A DNA stretch of 64,000 nt from an uncultured Actinomycetes bacterium (lineage in GTDB: Bacteria > Actinomycetota > Thermoleophilia > UBA2241), in NCBI GenBank assembly GCA_963755025.1, contig CAVWIH010000015.1, forward strand, positions 29,910 through 93,909, in the 5' to 3' direction. Shown in pieces: positions 19,035 to 28,820 of this stretch; positions within the stretch are counted from its first letter, which is position 1; each line of letters starts with the position of its first letter. The notes under the pieces were generated by a model, which was given only the letters and a program-made list of their open reading frames with translations, was not told the origin of the DNA and ran no database searches. A program made the position numbers and the translations under genes.

Positions 19035-19111
19035 GAACGGCCGAAGCTGCGGCGTCGCGCCGGGCGCCGGCCCCCGTTTGCGGCGCCGCTCCTGCGGGGC
19101 AGACAGGTCGC

Positions 19112-20251
19112 ATGACCGCAGAAGAGCTCGCGCAGGTGCCTGACCGGGTCGAGGTGGCCGTCGTCGGTCTGGGCCTCATGGGGACCGCCGCCGCCTGGGC
19201 CCTGGCGCGCCGCGGCCACGAGGTCGTGGCCTTCGACGCGCACGCCGCGGGGCACCGGTTCGGCAGCTCGCACGGCAGCTCGCGCATCTTCCGGCGCGCC
19301 TACCCCGAGCCCGAGTACGTGGCCATGACGGGGCAGGCCCTCGAGCTCTGGCGCGAGCTCGAGCGCGCCACGGGCACGACTCTGCTGGTCACGACCGGCG
19401 GGCTCGACCACGGCCGCGACCGCGACCGCGACGTGCGGCGCCTCGCCGACGCGCTCCAGGCCGGCGGCGTGGCCGGCACGTTGCTCACGGCGGCCGAGGC
19501 GGCCGCGCGCTGGCCGCACCTGCGGTTCGAGGGGATGGTCCTCTATCACCCCCAGGCCGGCGTCATCGACCCCGAGCTGGTGATGGCCGAGACGTCGCGC
19601 CTGGCGACGAGCAGCGGCGCGCGCCTGCTGCGCGAGGCGCCGGTCGACTCGGTCGCCGCGCGCGCCGCCGGCGCCGTCGTCAGGCTGGCGGGGCGCACGG
19701 TGCAGGCGCGCACCGTGGTGGTCGCCGCCGGCCCCTGGACGCCCGCCTTGCTGGCTCAGGTCGTCGCGCTGCCGCCGCTCACCGTCACCCAACAGCCCGT
19801 CTTCTACTACGCGCGACGCGAGGCGCGCGACGACTCTCCGTGGCCGACCGTCCTGCACGACGCCGCGCGGCAGGTCTACGGGCTGCCCGGCGGGCGCGAC
19901 GGCGGCCGGCCCGGGACCATGAAGCTGGGCGAGCACGCCGCTGGCCGCACGACCAGCGCCGCGGGGCGCGATAGCCTGATCGACCCGGCCACGCGGCGCC
20001 GCATGAGCGACTACGTGCGCCGCTTCTGGCCCGGACTCGACCCGGAGCCGGTCGCGGAGCGCGACTGCCTGTACACCTGGACTCCCAGTCAGGACTTCCT
20101 GCTCGCGCGCTACGGCGACCTCGTGGTGTGCTCGGCCTGCTCGGGACACGCGGCCAAGTTCACGCCGCTGATCGGCGAGTGGCTCGCCGACCTGGTCGAG
20201 CGACGCCCGTTGCCGGCGACGCGCCTGGAGCAGGCAAACGCCGCTCTCTGA
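19112..20251 (+). CDS. FAD-dependent oxidoreductase, monomeric sarcosine oxidase / N-methyltryptophan oxidase family
   Basis: VVGLGLMG Rossmann motif, GSSHGSSRIFRRAY, CLYTWTP (covalent-FAD Cys), CSGHAAKFTP. Confidence 0.88.
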   Translation: MTAEELAQVPDRVEVAVVGLGLMGTAAAWALARRGHEVVAFDAHAAGHRFGSSHGSSRIFRRAYPEPEYVAMTGQALELWRELERATGTTLLVTTGGLDHGRDRDRDVRRLADALQAGGVAGTLLTAAEAAARWPHLRFEGMVLYHPQAGVIDPELVMAETSRLATSSGARLLREAPVDSVAARAAGAVVRLAGRTVQARTVVVAAGPWTPALLAQVVALPPLTVTQQPVFYYARREARDDSPWPTVLHDAARQVYGLPGGRDGGRPGTMKLGEHAAGRTTSAAGRDSLIDPATRRRMSDYVRRFWPGLDPEPVAERDCLYTWTPSQDFLLARYGDLVVCSACSGHAAKFTPLIGEWLADLVERRPLPATRLEQANAAL

Positions 20252-20323
20252 CGAATGCGGTGCGGTCGGCCGGCACTCGGTGGCCGGCGCCGTCCGCGAC
20301 TGCGCCGTGCGCTCCGGCCGGCA

Positions 20324-20351
20324 TCAAGTCGACGCCGCTGCGTGTCGATAC
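20324..20351 (+). promoter_or_regulatory. Sigma-28 (FliA/WhiG)-like promoter
   Basis: TCAA-N16-GTCGATAC upstream of the GGDEF-EAL gene. Confidence 0.45.
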
Positions 20352-20419
20352 AAGCCGGGCGTCGGCGGGCCGTGGGACCGGTACCGCGCCGCCCCGCGGG
20401 AGGGAGAGGCTCGAACCTG

Positions 20420-22666
20420 ATGTCAGACTACGCGGCAGAACGCGCGGGCTCGGCCTCGCCGGGTGGCGCCCAGGACCGCTCCCTCGGCCTTTCCAGCCGC
20501 CTCGTGGGCCGTTCGGCCGCCCTGCTGTTCGCCATCTGTGGGATCGTCAACTTGGTGGCCGCCCTGCAGCCCGTGCCGGGGGTCAACGACGTTTTCGAGG
20601 TGACGATCGGCGTCGGCGCCATCGTCGCCGGCATGATCGCCTGGTATCTGCCCTGGAACCGCTGGCCGGCGCGCGCGAGCCTCTGGCTCGCGCCCTTCGC
20701 CTTTTGCGGCATCGCGCTCAGCAACGCCTCGGGTGGCCAGGACCCCTGGTCGTACGCCGCCTTCTTCCTCGTGACCTTCGGCTGGCTGGGCATCTGCCAC
20801 CCGCGGGGCACGTCGCTCGTGATGCTGCCCCTCTTCGTGGCCGCCTACCTCCTGCCCCTGCCGTACCTCGGCCAGGCGACGTCGGTCGCTCTCGTGTCGA
20901 CCCTGTATGTCGGCATCGCCTGTCTGCTGGTCGGCGAAAGCGTGGGCTGGGTGTCGGAGCGCTGGCGCTCGGCTCAGGCGGCTCTTCAGGAGCGCGAGGC
21001 CGAGGAGCGCTTTCGCGCCCTCGTGCAGAACTCCTCCGACCTCATCACCGTAGTGCGGCCCGACGCCACCATCGAGTACTGCAGCCCCTCGGTCGAAGGC
21101 ATCCTGGGGTACACCGGCGACGAGCTCGTGGGCACCTCGTTCGGCGAGCTGGTGCACAGAGACGACGCCGCCCAGGTCGCACGATTCCTGGCCGACTGCG
21201 ACAACGGCGTCGCCACGACAGCGGCCTGCCACTGGCGCCTGCGCCGGCGCGACCGTTCCTACCGGCAGATCGAGACGGTAGGCGCGAACCTGGTCGACCA
21301 CCCGCAGGTACGCGGTCTGGTGCTCACCAGCCGCGACGTGACCGAGCGCAAGGCGCTCGAAGAGCAGCTGTCGCACCAGGCCTACCACGACGCCCTGACC
21401 GGCCTGGGCAACCTGGCGCTGCTGCGCGACCGCCTGAGCCACGCCCTGGCGCGCGGCAAGCGCCGCCAGGCGTCGCTCGGGCTGCTGTTCATCGACCTCG
21501 ACAACTTCAAGCCCGTCAACGACAGTCGCGGCCATACCGCCGGCGACCAGGTGCTGGCCACGGTCGCCGGGCGCCTCGAGGAATGCGTGCGTGGGGTCGA
21601 CACGGTCGCCCGGCTGGGCGGCGACGAGTTCGCGGTGCTGCTCGAAGACCTGAGCGGCGAGCCCGAGGCCGCCGAGGTCGCCTCTCGCATCGTCGCCGAG
21701 CTGGCGGCGCCGATCGCGCTGCCCGACTCGCAGGTCGTCATCGGAGCCAGCATCGGCATCGCCGTGAGCGACAGCGGCCGGGTCGGCGCCGAGGAGCTCA
21801 TGCGCAACGCCGACATCGCCATGTACGCCGCCAAACGGGCCGGCAAGGGGCGCTACGCGCACTTCGACCCCTCCATGCACGGCGCGGTCCTCGAGCGGCT
21901 CGAGCTCGAAAAGGAGCTTGGCCGCGCCGTCGAGGCGGGCGAGCTGCAGATGTTCTACCAGCCCATCGTCGACCTTCGCACGGGCGCCGTCGACACCGTC
22001 GAGGCCCTGCTGCGCTGGCCGCACCCTTCCCGGGGCCTGCTGCTGCCCGAAGCCTTCCTGCCGCTCGCCGAAGAGACCGGCCTGATCGTGCCCATCGGCC
22101 ACTTCACGTGCGCCGACGCCTGCCGCCAGCTCGGCATCTGGCACAAGGCGGGCGGCGCCGCATCGGTGGCCGTCAGCGTCAACCTTTCGGCCCGCCAGCT
22201 CGCCGACCCGAGCCTGATCGAGATGCTGAAGGCGGCGCTGGCCGACGCCGGGGTCGATCCCCGCTACCTCATTCTCGAGATCACCGAGACGACGCTCATT
22301 CAGGACATGGCGGCCACCAGCCGCAGGCTCGAAGCGCTGCGCGCCTTGGGGGTGCGCCTCGCGCTCGACGATTTCGGCACCGGCTACTCGTCGCTCAGCT
22401 ATCTGCAGCGCTTCCGTGTCGACATGCTGAAAGTCGACCGTTCCTTTGTGGCCGCGCATCGCGAAGGCAGCGACGGCTCCACCCTGGCTGGCGCGATCAT
22501 CAGCCTGGGCCATGCCCTCAACCTGCAGACCGTGGCCGAGGGCATCGAAGACGTCGAGGAGCTCGACTGGGTGCGCGGCCTGGGCTGCGAGTTCGGCCAG
22601 GGCTATCACCTGGCCGAGCCCATGCCGGGCGACACCGTGGCGCGCTTCCTCGCCGAGCGGGGCTGA
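20420..22666 (+). CDS. Membrane-bound PAS-GGDEF-EAL diguanylate cyclase/phosphodiesterase
   Basis: ~5-6 N-terminal TMs, PAS (FRALVQNSSD...DVTERK), intact GGDEF, VEALLRW, DDFGTGYSSL. Confidence 0.95.
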   Translation: MSDYAAERAGSASPGGAQDRSLGLSSRLVGRSAALLFAICGIVNLVAALQPVPGVNDVFEVTIGVGAIVAGMIAWYLPWNRWPARASLWLAPFAFCGIALSNASGGQDPWSYAAFFLVTFGWLGICHPRGTSLVMLPLFVAAYLLPLPYLGQATSVALVSTLYVGIACLLVGESVGWVSERWRSAQAALQEREAEERFRALVQNSSDLITVVRPDATIEYCSPSVEGILGYTGDELVGTSFGELVHRDDAAQVARFLADCDNGVATTAACHWRLRRRDRSYRQIETVGANLVDHPQVRGLVLTSRDVTERKALEEQLSHQAYHDALTGLGNLALLRDRLSHALARGKRRQASLGLLFIDLDNFKPVNDSRGHTAGDQVLATVAGRLEECVRGVDTVARLGGDEFAVLLEDLSGEPEAAEVASRIVAELAAPIALPDSQVVIGASIGIAVSDSGRVGAEELMRNADIAMYAAKRAGKGRYAHFDPSMHGAVLERLELEKELGRAVEAGELQMFYQPIVDLRTGAVDTVEALLRWPHPSRGLLLPEAFLPLAEETGLIVPIGHFTCADACRQLGIWHKAGGAASVAVSVNLSARQLADPSLIEMLKAALADAGVDPRYLILEITETTLIQDMAATSRRLEALRALGVRLALDDFGTGYSSLSYLQRFRVDMLKVDRSFVAAHREGSDGSTLAGAIISLGHALNLQTVAEGIEDVEELDWVRGLGCEFGQGYHLAEPMPGDTVARFLAERG

Positions 22667-22735
22667 CCGGCGGGCGGATCACCGCCCGCGCTGAGACGGC
22701 GCTCCTCGTGGGCCGTCTGCTACAGTGACGGTACT

Positions 22736-23338
22736 GTGCCCACCCCCGACCGACAGGCAAGCGCTGGAGCGGCGCTACGAGCATGGACCGGGCGCCTGGC
22801 GGCCGACGTCGACGCGCTCGACCGCGCGGTCACGACGGCGATCGCCGCCACGCCGACGCCTGCCCTCGACGCGCCGCTGCGCGGGCTCACACGGGTCGCC
22901 GACAACTCGAAGCTGTGGTTCGGCACGGCGCTTCTCGTGGCCGGCGCGGGCGGCCGCCGTGGCCGCCGCGCGGCCGCTGCCGGCCTCGTGTCGGTGGGCG
23001 TCGCTTCGGCGACGGTCAATCTGGCGCTCAAGTACGGCGCCGACCGGCCGCGTCCGCAGGGCGCCGCGGCGGCCGGCGGACGGGGCGTGCCGATGCCGTC
23101 ATCGACATCGTTTCCCTCGGGGCATGCCGCCTCGGCCTTTGCCTTTGCCGTGGGCACGGGCACGCAGGTCCCCCTGCTCGCCCTGCCGTTGAACGTGCTG
23201 GCGACCCTGGTCGCCTACTCACGCGTGCACACCGCGGTGCACTACCCCTCAGACGTGGTGGCGGGCGCCGCGATAGGCGGCGCCGCCGGCGCCGTGGTCT
23301 CTCGCGTGCTGCGCCCGCGGGAGCGCGTCAGGGCCTGA
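22736..23338 (+). CDS. PAP2 family phosphatase
   Basis: K...RPRP, SFPSGH and SRVHTAVHYPSDV motifs. Confidence 0.9.
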   Translation: MPTPDRQASAGAALRAWTGRLAADVDALDRAVTTAIAATPTPALDAPLRGLTRVADNSKLWFGTALLVAGAGGRRGRRAAAAGLVSVGVASATVNLALKYGADRPRPQGAAAAGGRGVPMPSSTSFPSGHAASAFAFAVGTGTQVPLLALPLNVLATLVAYSRVHTAVHYPSDVVAGAAIGGAAGAVVSRVLRPRERVRA

Positions 23339-23396
23339 AAGATCCGCGGCGGCGGGGCAGGCGGGTCGTCGGTCCCATGGTCCGCGCGCCGCTAGC

Positions 23397-23468
23397 CTAG
23401 CCCCACTTCTTGGCGGCGACCAGCGCGAACCTCGCCGACGTCGCACGGTAGCCGGCCGGGAATCTCAT
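23397..23468 (-). CDS. Candidate small protein or gene remnant (23 aa: MRFPAGYRATSARFALVAAKKWG)
   Basis: AAGGAGG RBS directly upstream of ATG 23468; no homology recognised. Confidence 0.3.
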   Translation of the reverse strand: MRFPAGYRATSARFALVAAKKWG

Positions 23469-23645
23469 GCGCCCCTCCTTGTCTGGGCGTCCCGGTCGGG
23501 CCGGAGTGCCCTGGTCTTCGTGCCTGTCGAGCGCCTGGGAAGGCCTGCGGGCAGATGACGTCGCCCCTCTCGCCCAGCTCTATCAGGCTGCCCCAACGGG
23601 GCGCGCTCGGACGCCGCCTAGACAGATGTTCCAGTCGGCCGGCGC

Positions 23646-24878
23646 TCAAGAATGCGGCGAGACGGTCGAGGGGTCACGCTTCGGCGGCAGCCTCCAGAGG
23701 GTCCCCGGTGGGGTCGCCACGGGGCGCGGCAGGCGCCAGGCCAGGACGGCGGCCGCGATCGGCAGCGCGGCGAGCACGTAGAACACGGTGCTGAGTCCGC
23801 GGGCGTCGCCGAGCAGGCCCAGGGCGGCCACGATCAAACCGCCGGCGCCGCCGCACAGACCGATCGTCAGGCCGGATGCCAGGCCCATGCGCGCCGGCAG
23901 GTACTCCTGGGCCAGCACGAGCGTGGTGCTCATGGTGAGGTTCATGGCGACGCCCAGCAGCACGGCCACGGGGATCGTGGCGGCGTACCCCAGGCTGGGC
24001 AGCACGGCGATGGCGGGCACAAGGGCGAGTTGCGGCACGAGCAGCACGATGCGGCGGCCGAAGCGCTGGGCGGCTGCGCCGCCCAGCAGCGTGCCGCCCG
24101 CCGCGGCGGCGAAGATCACGCTCACCATGACGGCGCCCGCGGTGGGGTTCGTCGAGCGCGCCACGGACAGCGGCAGGTAGGTGATGAGGCCGGTCGACAC
24201 GCCGCTGCCGACGGCGCAGAAGCCGACGAGCACGGCGAACGGACGCCACTCCGAGGCCAGCGATAGGGCGTGGGCGTGGGGCGCTCTGGTGGCGGCCGCC
24301 GTCTGACCGAAGCGGCGCAGCGCGACCAGAACGACGGCCGCCGCGCTGAGCGGGATGAGCGCCATGACGAGCGTGCCGTGCAGCCCGAAGAGCGCCAGCG
24401 CGGCGATCACGATGAGCGGGCCGACGGCGTAGCCCACGCCGCCGCCCACCGAGAACACGCTCATGTCGGCGGTCACCCGGGCGCCGCAGGCGCGCCGCGC
24501 CCAGCGGGCGCCCTCGGGATGGTAGGTGGCGATGCCGGCGCTGCACAGCGCGACGGCGGCGAGCGTGACGGGGTAACGCGTCGTGAAGCCGACGACCCCC
24601 AGACCGAGTCCGGCGACGAGCAGGCCGACGGGCAGCAGCCAGTGGGCCTCGCGGCGGTCGCCCTGGGCGCCGATCAGTGGTTGCAGGACGGCGTTGGCCA
24701 CACTGAAGGTAAGAGCGAACACACCGACGGCGGCAAGGCTGTAGTGGTGCTGCTTTGCCAGGGCGGGCAGCAGCGCGAACAGGGCGCCCGAGCACACATC
24801 GACCGAGCCGTGCCCGAACGAGAGCGCGAACAGGGTGCCTCGCGAGGCCGGCGTGCAGGTGTCGACGGCGGAGTCCAT
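23646..24878 (-). CDS. MFS transporter (Fsr / fosmidomycin-resistance-like)
   Basis: GHGSVD, LQPLIG..GDR, GIATYHPEG, SVFSVGG, LAQEYLP.RMGLASG; 12 TM. Confidence 0.9.
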   Translation of the reverse strand: MDSAVDTCTPASRGTLFALSFGHGSVDVCSGALFALLPALAKQHHYSLAAVGVFALTFSVANAVLQPLIGAQGDRREAHWLLPVGLLVAGLGLGVVGFTTRYPVTLAAVALCSAGIATYHPEGARWARRACGARVTADMSVFSVGGGVGYAVGPLIVIAALALFGLHGTLVMALIPLSAAAVVLVALRRFGQTAAATRAPHAHALSLASEWRPFAVLVGFCAVGSGVSTGLITYLPLSVARSTNPTAGAVMVSVIFAAAAGGTLLGGAAAQRFGRRIVLLVPQLALVPAIAVLPSLGYAATIPVAVLLGVAMNLTMSTTLVLAQEYLPARMGLASGLTIGLCGGAGGLIVAALGLLGDARGLSTVFYVLAALPIAAAVLAWRLPRPVATPPGTLWRLPPKRDPSTVSPHS

Positions 24879-24919
24879 CGCTTCACAGAATACTGCACCG
24901 GGTCGCCGGACCGGCTAGC

Positions 24920-24976
24920 GTTCCGCCGGGTCGCGGCCGTTCCGCCGGGTCGCGGCCGCTCCGCCGGGTCGCGGCC
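24920..24976 (+). repeat. 19-bp tandem repeat x3 (GTTCCGCCGGGTCGCGGCC)
   Basis: Read directly; between the divergent MFS and YdcF genes. Confidence 0.9.
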
Positions 24977-25091
24977 GCCCCACCGGCTCGCGCCGCCAGG
25001 CAACGGAGTCCCGTCGCCGGTCGGGCGGCCCCGCGCCGCGCTCGCACGCGTGCTATAGTGCCCGCGACGTGACGACACGAGCCCACACCAC

Positions 25092-26276
25092 GTGACGGCC
25101 TTGGCTCGCTCGACGGGTGCGACGGAGCGCACGCTGCCCGGTCGTCGCCGCTCGGCGAGCGCCGGTCGCACGAGCGCCCGGGCCCGGACGGCGAGCGCGT
25201 CGCGCCTCTGGCCGCGCGACCTCGCCCGCGGCGTCGCCCTGTTCTTCGGACTCTTCTCGTGGCTCAACCTCGTCGGCGAGCTGCGCGCGCCGGGGTTCGA
25301 CCAGAACATCTGGTGGCTCGACCTGCGACCCCTGCCGACCATGGCCACGGCCGCTGCGCTGGCGCTGGCCGGGCTCCTGCTCGTGTGGTGGGGCCTGCGC
25401 CCGGTGGCCGGTGAGCCGCGCCGCCTGGCGACCGCAGTCGTCGCCGCGCTCCTCGGCCTTGTCGCGGTACGCAACGGCGTCGGTTTCTACCGCGCCTGGG
25501 AGCTCGGCCAGATCCGACCCTGGATGCCGCTGCCGCTGTCGTTCGTGCTGGCCGCGGCGTTGTTCTGGATCGCCTGGTCGGCAGGCCGCTCTGCGTCGAC
25601 CGCCTGCTCCGCGTCGGCAGGCCGCTCCGCGCCGACCGCCCGCTCCGCGTCGGCTTCGCGCTCCGCTACGACCGGCCCGTTTGGCTCGGGTCGGCGCGCC
25701 CTCTCGTCGGCGCTTTTCGTGGTCGGCGCGCTGGTGGCCTGCGGCCTGATCTTTCCGCTCGCGCAGCAGGTCTTCTTTGGCAAGACCGACTACGTCCGCC
25801 CCGCTCAGGTGGCGGTCGTCTTCGGCGCCGAGGTGCATCGCGACGGGCACGCGTCGGTGTCGCTTCGCGACCGCGTGCGCACGGCGGCGCAGCTGTACAA
25901 GGCCGGCCTCGCGCAGCGCCTGCTCATGTCGGGGGCGCAGGGTGCGGGAGAGCCCGTCAACGAGACCGCGGTGATGCGCTCGCTGGCGATCGGCTTTGGC
26001 GTGCCAGCCGCGGCGATCGAGGTCGACCCCAGGGGCTTCAACACGGCGGCGACGGTGCGCGACACGGTGCCCATGCTGCGCGCGGCGGGCGACGGCAGGG
26101 TGGCCGTGGTGTCCGACTTCTTTCACTTGCCGCGGGTCAAGCTCGCCTACGAGCGCATGGGCTACGACGTGATCACCGTGCCGTCGCGGGCTCATCGCAT
26201 TCCGCAGACGACCAGGCTCGTGCTGCGCGAGGTCCCCGCGTTCTGGGTGTACTACCTGCGCGCCGTCCTGCACTAG
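25092..26276 (+). CDS. YdcF / SanA / DUF218 family membrane protein
   Basis: AVVFGA, LRDRV, LMSG, NETAVM, GFNT, VVSDFFHLPR, LREVPA; N-terminal TMs. Confidence 0.85.
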   Translation: MTALARSTGATERTLPGRRRSASAGRTSARARTASASRLWPRDLARGVALFFGLFSWLNLVGELRAPGFDQNIWWLDLRPLPTMATAAALALAGLLLVWWGLRPVAGEPRRLATAVVAALLGLVAVRNGVGFYRAWELGQIRPWMPLPLSFVLAAALFWIAWSAGRSASTACSASAGRSAPTARSASASRSATTGPFGSGRRALSSALFVVGALVACGLIFPLAQQVFFGKTDYVRPAQVAVVFGAEVHRDGHASVSLRDRVRTAAQLYKAGLAQRLLMSGAQGAGEPVNETAVMRSLAIGFGVPAAAIEVDPRGFNTAATVRDTVPMLRAAGDGRVAVVSDFFHLPRVKLAYERMGYDVITVPSRAHRIPQTTRLVLREVPAFWVYYLRAVLH

Positions 26277-26552
26277 GGCCGGCCGCGCGACACGCACGAC
26301 TGCTCGCTCGACGCCGCTCTCGTGGCGTATCGGGCCGGCGACGCGACCGGGCGCCAGCAGAGCTGCGGGCCGACCATCACGGCGCTGTGCAGCAAAAAGA
26401 GGTCACGCTCCGGCCCCGTCTCGCATATCATAGGAGAAGACCACCAGCGGAATCCATGAGGCGGGGAGCGCCGGCTTTGGGCGGGCGCCACCGTAGCGGC
26501 CGAAGCGCCGCCCCGGTGGGGTCGCCAAGCCAGCGAGGGTAGGTAGCACGTA

Positions 26553-28820
26553 GTGACACAGAGTGGGTTGCGCGTCGTCGGCCGGGACCACCCGATCGCC
26601 GACGCCGCGCTGAAAGTGACCGGCGGACTCGTTTACGGCAGCGACATGGAGCTGCCTGGCATGCTTCACGCGAGGCTGGTGCTCAGCCCCGTGGCTCACG
26701 CCAACGTCGTCGCCGTCGACGCAAGCAGGGCTCTGGCGCTGCCCGGCGTGATCGCCGTCTTCTCGCACCTGAACGCCCCGACCGCCCCCTACAGCCGCTA
26801 CCGTATCCTGCCCGGACAGGCCCTCTGCCCCGAAGACGAGACCCTGTTCACCGCTACGGCGCGCTTTGTGGGCGACCGCGTGGCGGCGGTCGTGGCCACC
26901 GACCCGCAGACCGCCGCCGACGCCGCGGCGCTGGTCGACGTCGACTACGAGGAGCTTCCCGAGCTCCTCACGCCCGAGGCCGCACTGCGCGACGGCGTGC
27001 CACTCATCCACCCCGCCGGTAACCTGCTGCACGAGTTCGACCAGACGGTGGGTGAGGCCGTCGCGCGGGAGGCCGGCTCCGTCACGGTGACCACCACGGT
27101 CGCCACGCCCCGATTGCACCACGCCGCGATCGAACCACACCTCTGCCTGGCCGACTACGACGAGTCGGGCAAGCTCACGATCTGGAGCCCCACGCAGAGC
27201 GTCTTTGGGGCTCGCACGGTGGTGGCCGACCTCTTCGGCTTGAGCTACAACCGCGTGCGCGTGATCAAGGTGCCCATGGGCGGATCGTTCGGTGGCAAGC
27301 AGGAGTTCATTCTCGAGCCCGTGACCGCCTTCATGGCGATGGCCACCAGGCGCCCGGTCAAGCTCGTGCTCGACCGCGCGCAGTGCATCGCGGGCACCAT
27401 GGTGCGGCCGGCCACCGTGTCGCGCGTCTCGCTGCGCGCGACGCGCGACGGACGCCTCGAAGACGTCGCCGTCGACACCGTCCTCGACGCCGGAGCCTAC
27501 GCTACGAGCTCGCCCGACTACACCGGGGCGATGGCGCACAAGCTCTCGCACCTCTACCGCATGCCGCACTACCGTCACCACGCCCGGGTGGCCTACACGA
27601 CGACCCCGGTCGGCGGCGGCGCCCGTGGCTACGGCGCGCCCGAGATCGTGACCGCCATGGAGATCGCCCTCGACCAGGTGGCCCGCGAGCTCGGCATCGA
27701 TCCCGTCGACCTGCGCCTGCAGAACCTGGTGCGACCCAACGACATCGACGCCCTGACCGGCTTGTCGCTGGGCGACGCGCGGGTGCGCGCGTGCCTCGAG
27801 CTCGGCGTCGAGGCCTTCGGCTGGCGCGAGCGCCTGCGCACCGCGCGCGGCGACGAGCGGCGCCGCGTCGGCGTGGGCATGGCCTGCGGCGCCCACAAGA
27901 ACGGCATCCTGTCGACCGACTTTCCCGACTTCAGCACGATGGCCCTGAAGATGAACGAAGACGGCAGCGTCGCCTTGAGCGCGAGCCTGCACGAGGTGGG
28001 TTGCGGCTCGCGCACGGCGATGGCGCTGATCGTCGCCGAAGAGCTCGAGATGAGCCCCGACCTGGTCTCGATCACCGAAGCCGACAGCGACACGACGCCC
28101 TACGACTTCGGCTGTTTCGGCAGCCGGGTGACTTATGTGTGCGGCGCCGCGGCGCGCGGCACGGCGGCCGCGCTGAAGACGCGCCTCGTCGAACTGGCCG
28201 CCATCGTCATGCAGCGGCCGGTGCACGAGCTCAGGGCCCACGACGGCCGCGTCGAAGCGGTCGTCGGTCCCGCCGAGTACCTGCCGTACGGGGCGGTCGT
28301 CATGGCCGCCAAGACGCGCCTGAGCGAGGACGCCTTCGTGCACCACACGCACCGCGCGACCAGCAACCCGGGCGCCTACTCGGTGCAGTTCGCCGAGGTC
28401 AGCGTGGACTGCGCCACCGGGCTCACCACGGTCACCGACTTTCTGGCGGTGGGCGACGTGGGGCAGGCCATCAACCGCCTCATGGTCGAGGGCCAGTTCG
28501 CGGGCGCCGTGCAGATGGGGATCGGCTCGGCCCTCTGCGAAGAGGTGCGCCTCGACGATCGCGGCCGGCCTCCCGCCGGCGGCTTCAAGACCTATCACAT
28601 CGTGAACGCGCCCGACATGCCCAAGGTCCGCGTGCTGCTCGTCGAGCACGAGGGCGACGAGGGTCCGTTCGGCGCCAAGAGCGTGGGCGAGATCGCGGTC
28701 GTGCCCACGGCCGCCGCCGTGGTGAACGCCATCAACCAGGCGCTCGGCACCTCGCTCACCGACCTGCCGGTGACCCCCGAGAAGATCGTGGCCGCGCTCG
28801 CCCAGGGGCAGGGCGACTGA
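26553..28820 (+). CDS. Xanthine dehydrogenase family molybdopterin-binding (large) subunit
   Basis: KVTG..VYGSD, MGGSFGGKQ, ARGYGAP, EGQFAGAVQMGIG, GAKSVGE (catalytic Glu). Confidence 0.95.
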   Translation: MTQSGLRVVGRDHPIADAALKVTGGLVYGSDMELPGMLHARLVLSPVAHANVVAVDASRALALPGVIAVFSHLNAPTAPYSRYRILPGQALCPEDETLFTATARFVGDRVAAVVATDPQTAADAAALVDVDYEELPELLTPEAALRDGVPLIHPAGNLLHEFDQTVGEAVAREAGSVTVTTTVATPRLHHAAIEPHLCLADYDESGKLTIWSPTQSVFGARTVVADLFGLSYNRVRVIKVPMGGSFGGKQEFILEPVTAFMAMATRRPVKLVLDRAQCIAGTMVRPATVSRVSLRATRDGRLEDVAVDTVLDAGAYATSSPDYTGAMAHKLSHLYRMPHYRHHARVAYTTTPVGGGARGYGAPEIVTAMEIALDQVARELGIDPVDLRLQNLVRPNDIDALTGLSLGDARVRACLELGVEAFGWRERLRTARGDERRRVGVGMACGAHKNGILSTDFPDFSTMALKMNEDGSVALSASLHEVGCGSRTAMALIVAEELEMSPDLVSITEADSDTTPYDFGCFGSRVTYVCGAAARGTAAALKTRLVELAAIVMQRPVHELRAHDGRVEAVVGPAEYLPYGAVVMAAKTRLSEDAFVHHTHRATSNPGAYSVQFAEVSVDCATGLTTVTDFLAVGDVGQAINRLMVEGQFAGAVQMGIGSALCEEVRLDDRGRPPAGGFKTYHIVNAPDMPKVRVLLVEHEGDEGPFGAKSVGEIAVVPTAAAVVNAINQALGTSLTDLPVTPEKIVAALAQGQGD

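Noticed and set aside
26440-26540. Known riboswitch (c-di-AMP ydaO, NMT1 xanthine, T-box, Moco)
   Set aside because: Only short partial resemblances; the diagnostic conserved cores are absent. Kept only as an unassigned structured leader.
26553-28820. Aerobic CO dehydrogenase (CoxL form I) served by the MoxR/VWA pair
   Set aside because: The active-site loop is ARGYG, not AYXCSFR, and the gene order is L-S-M rather than M-S-L.
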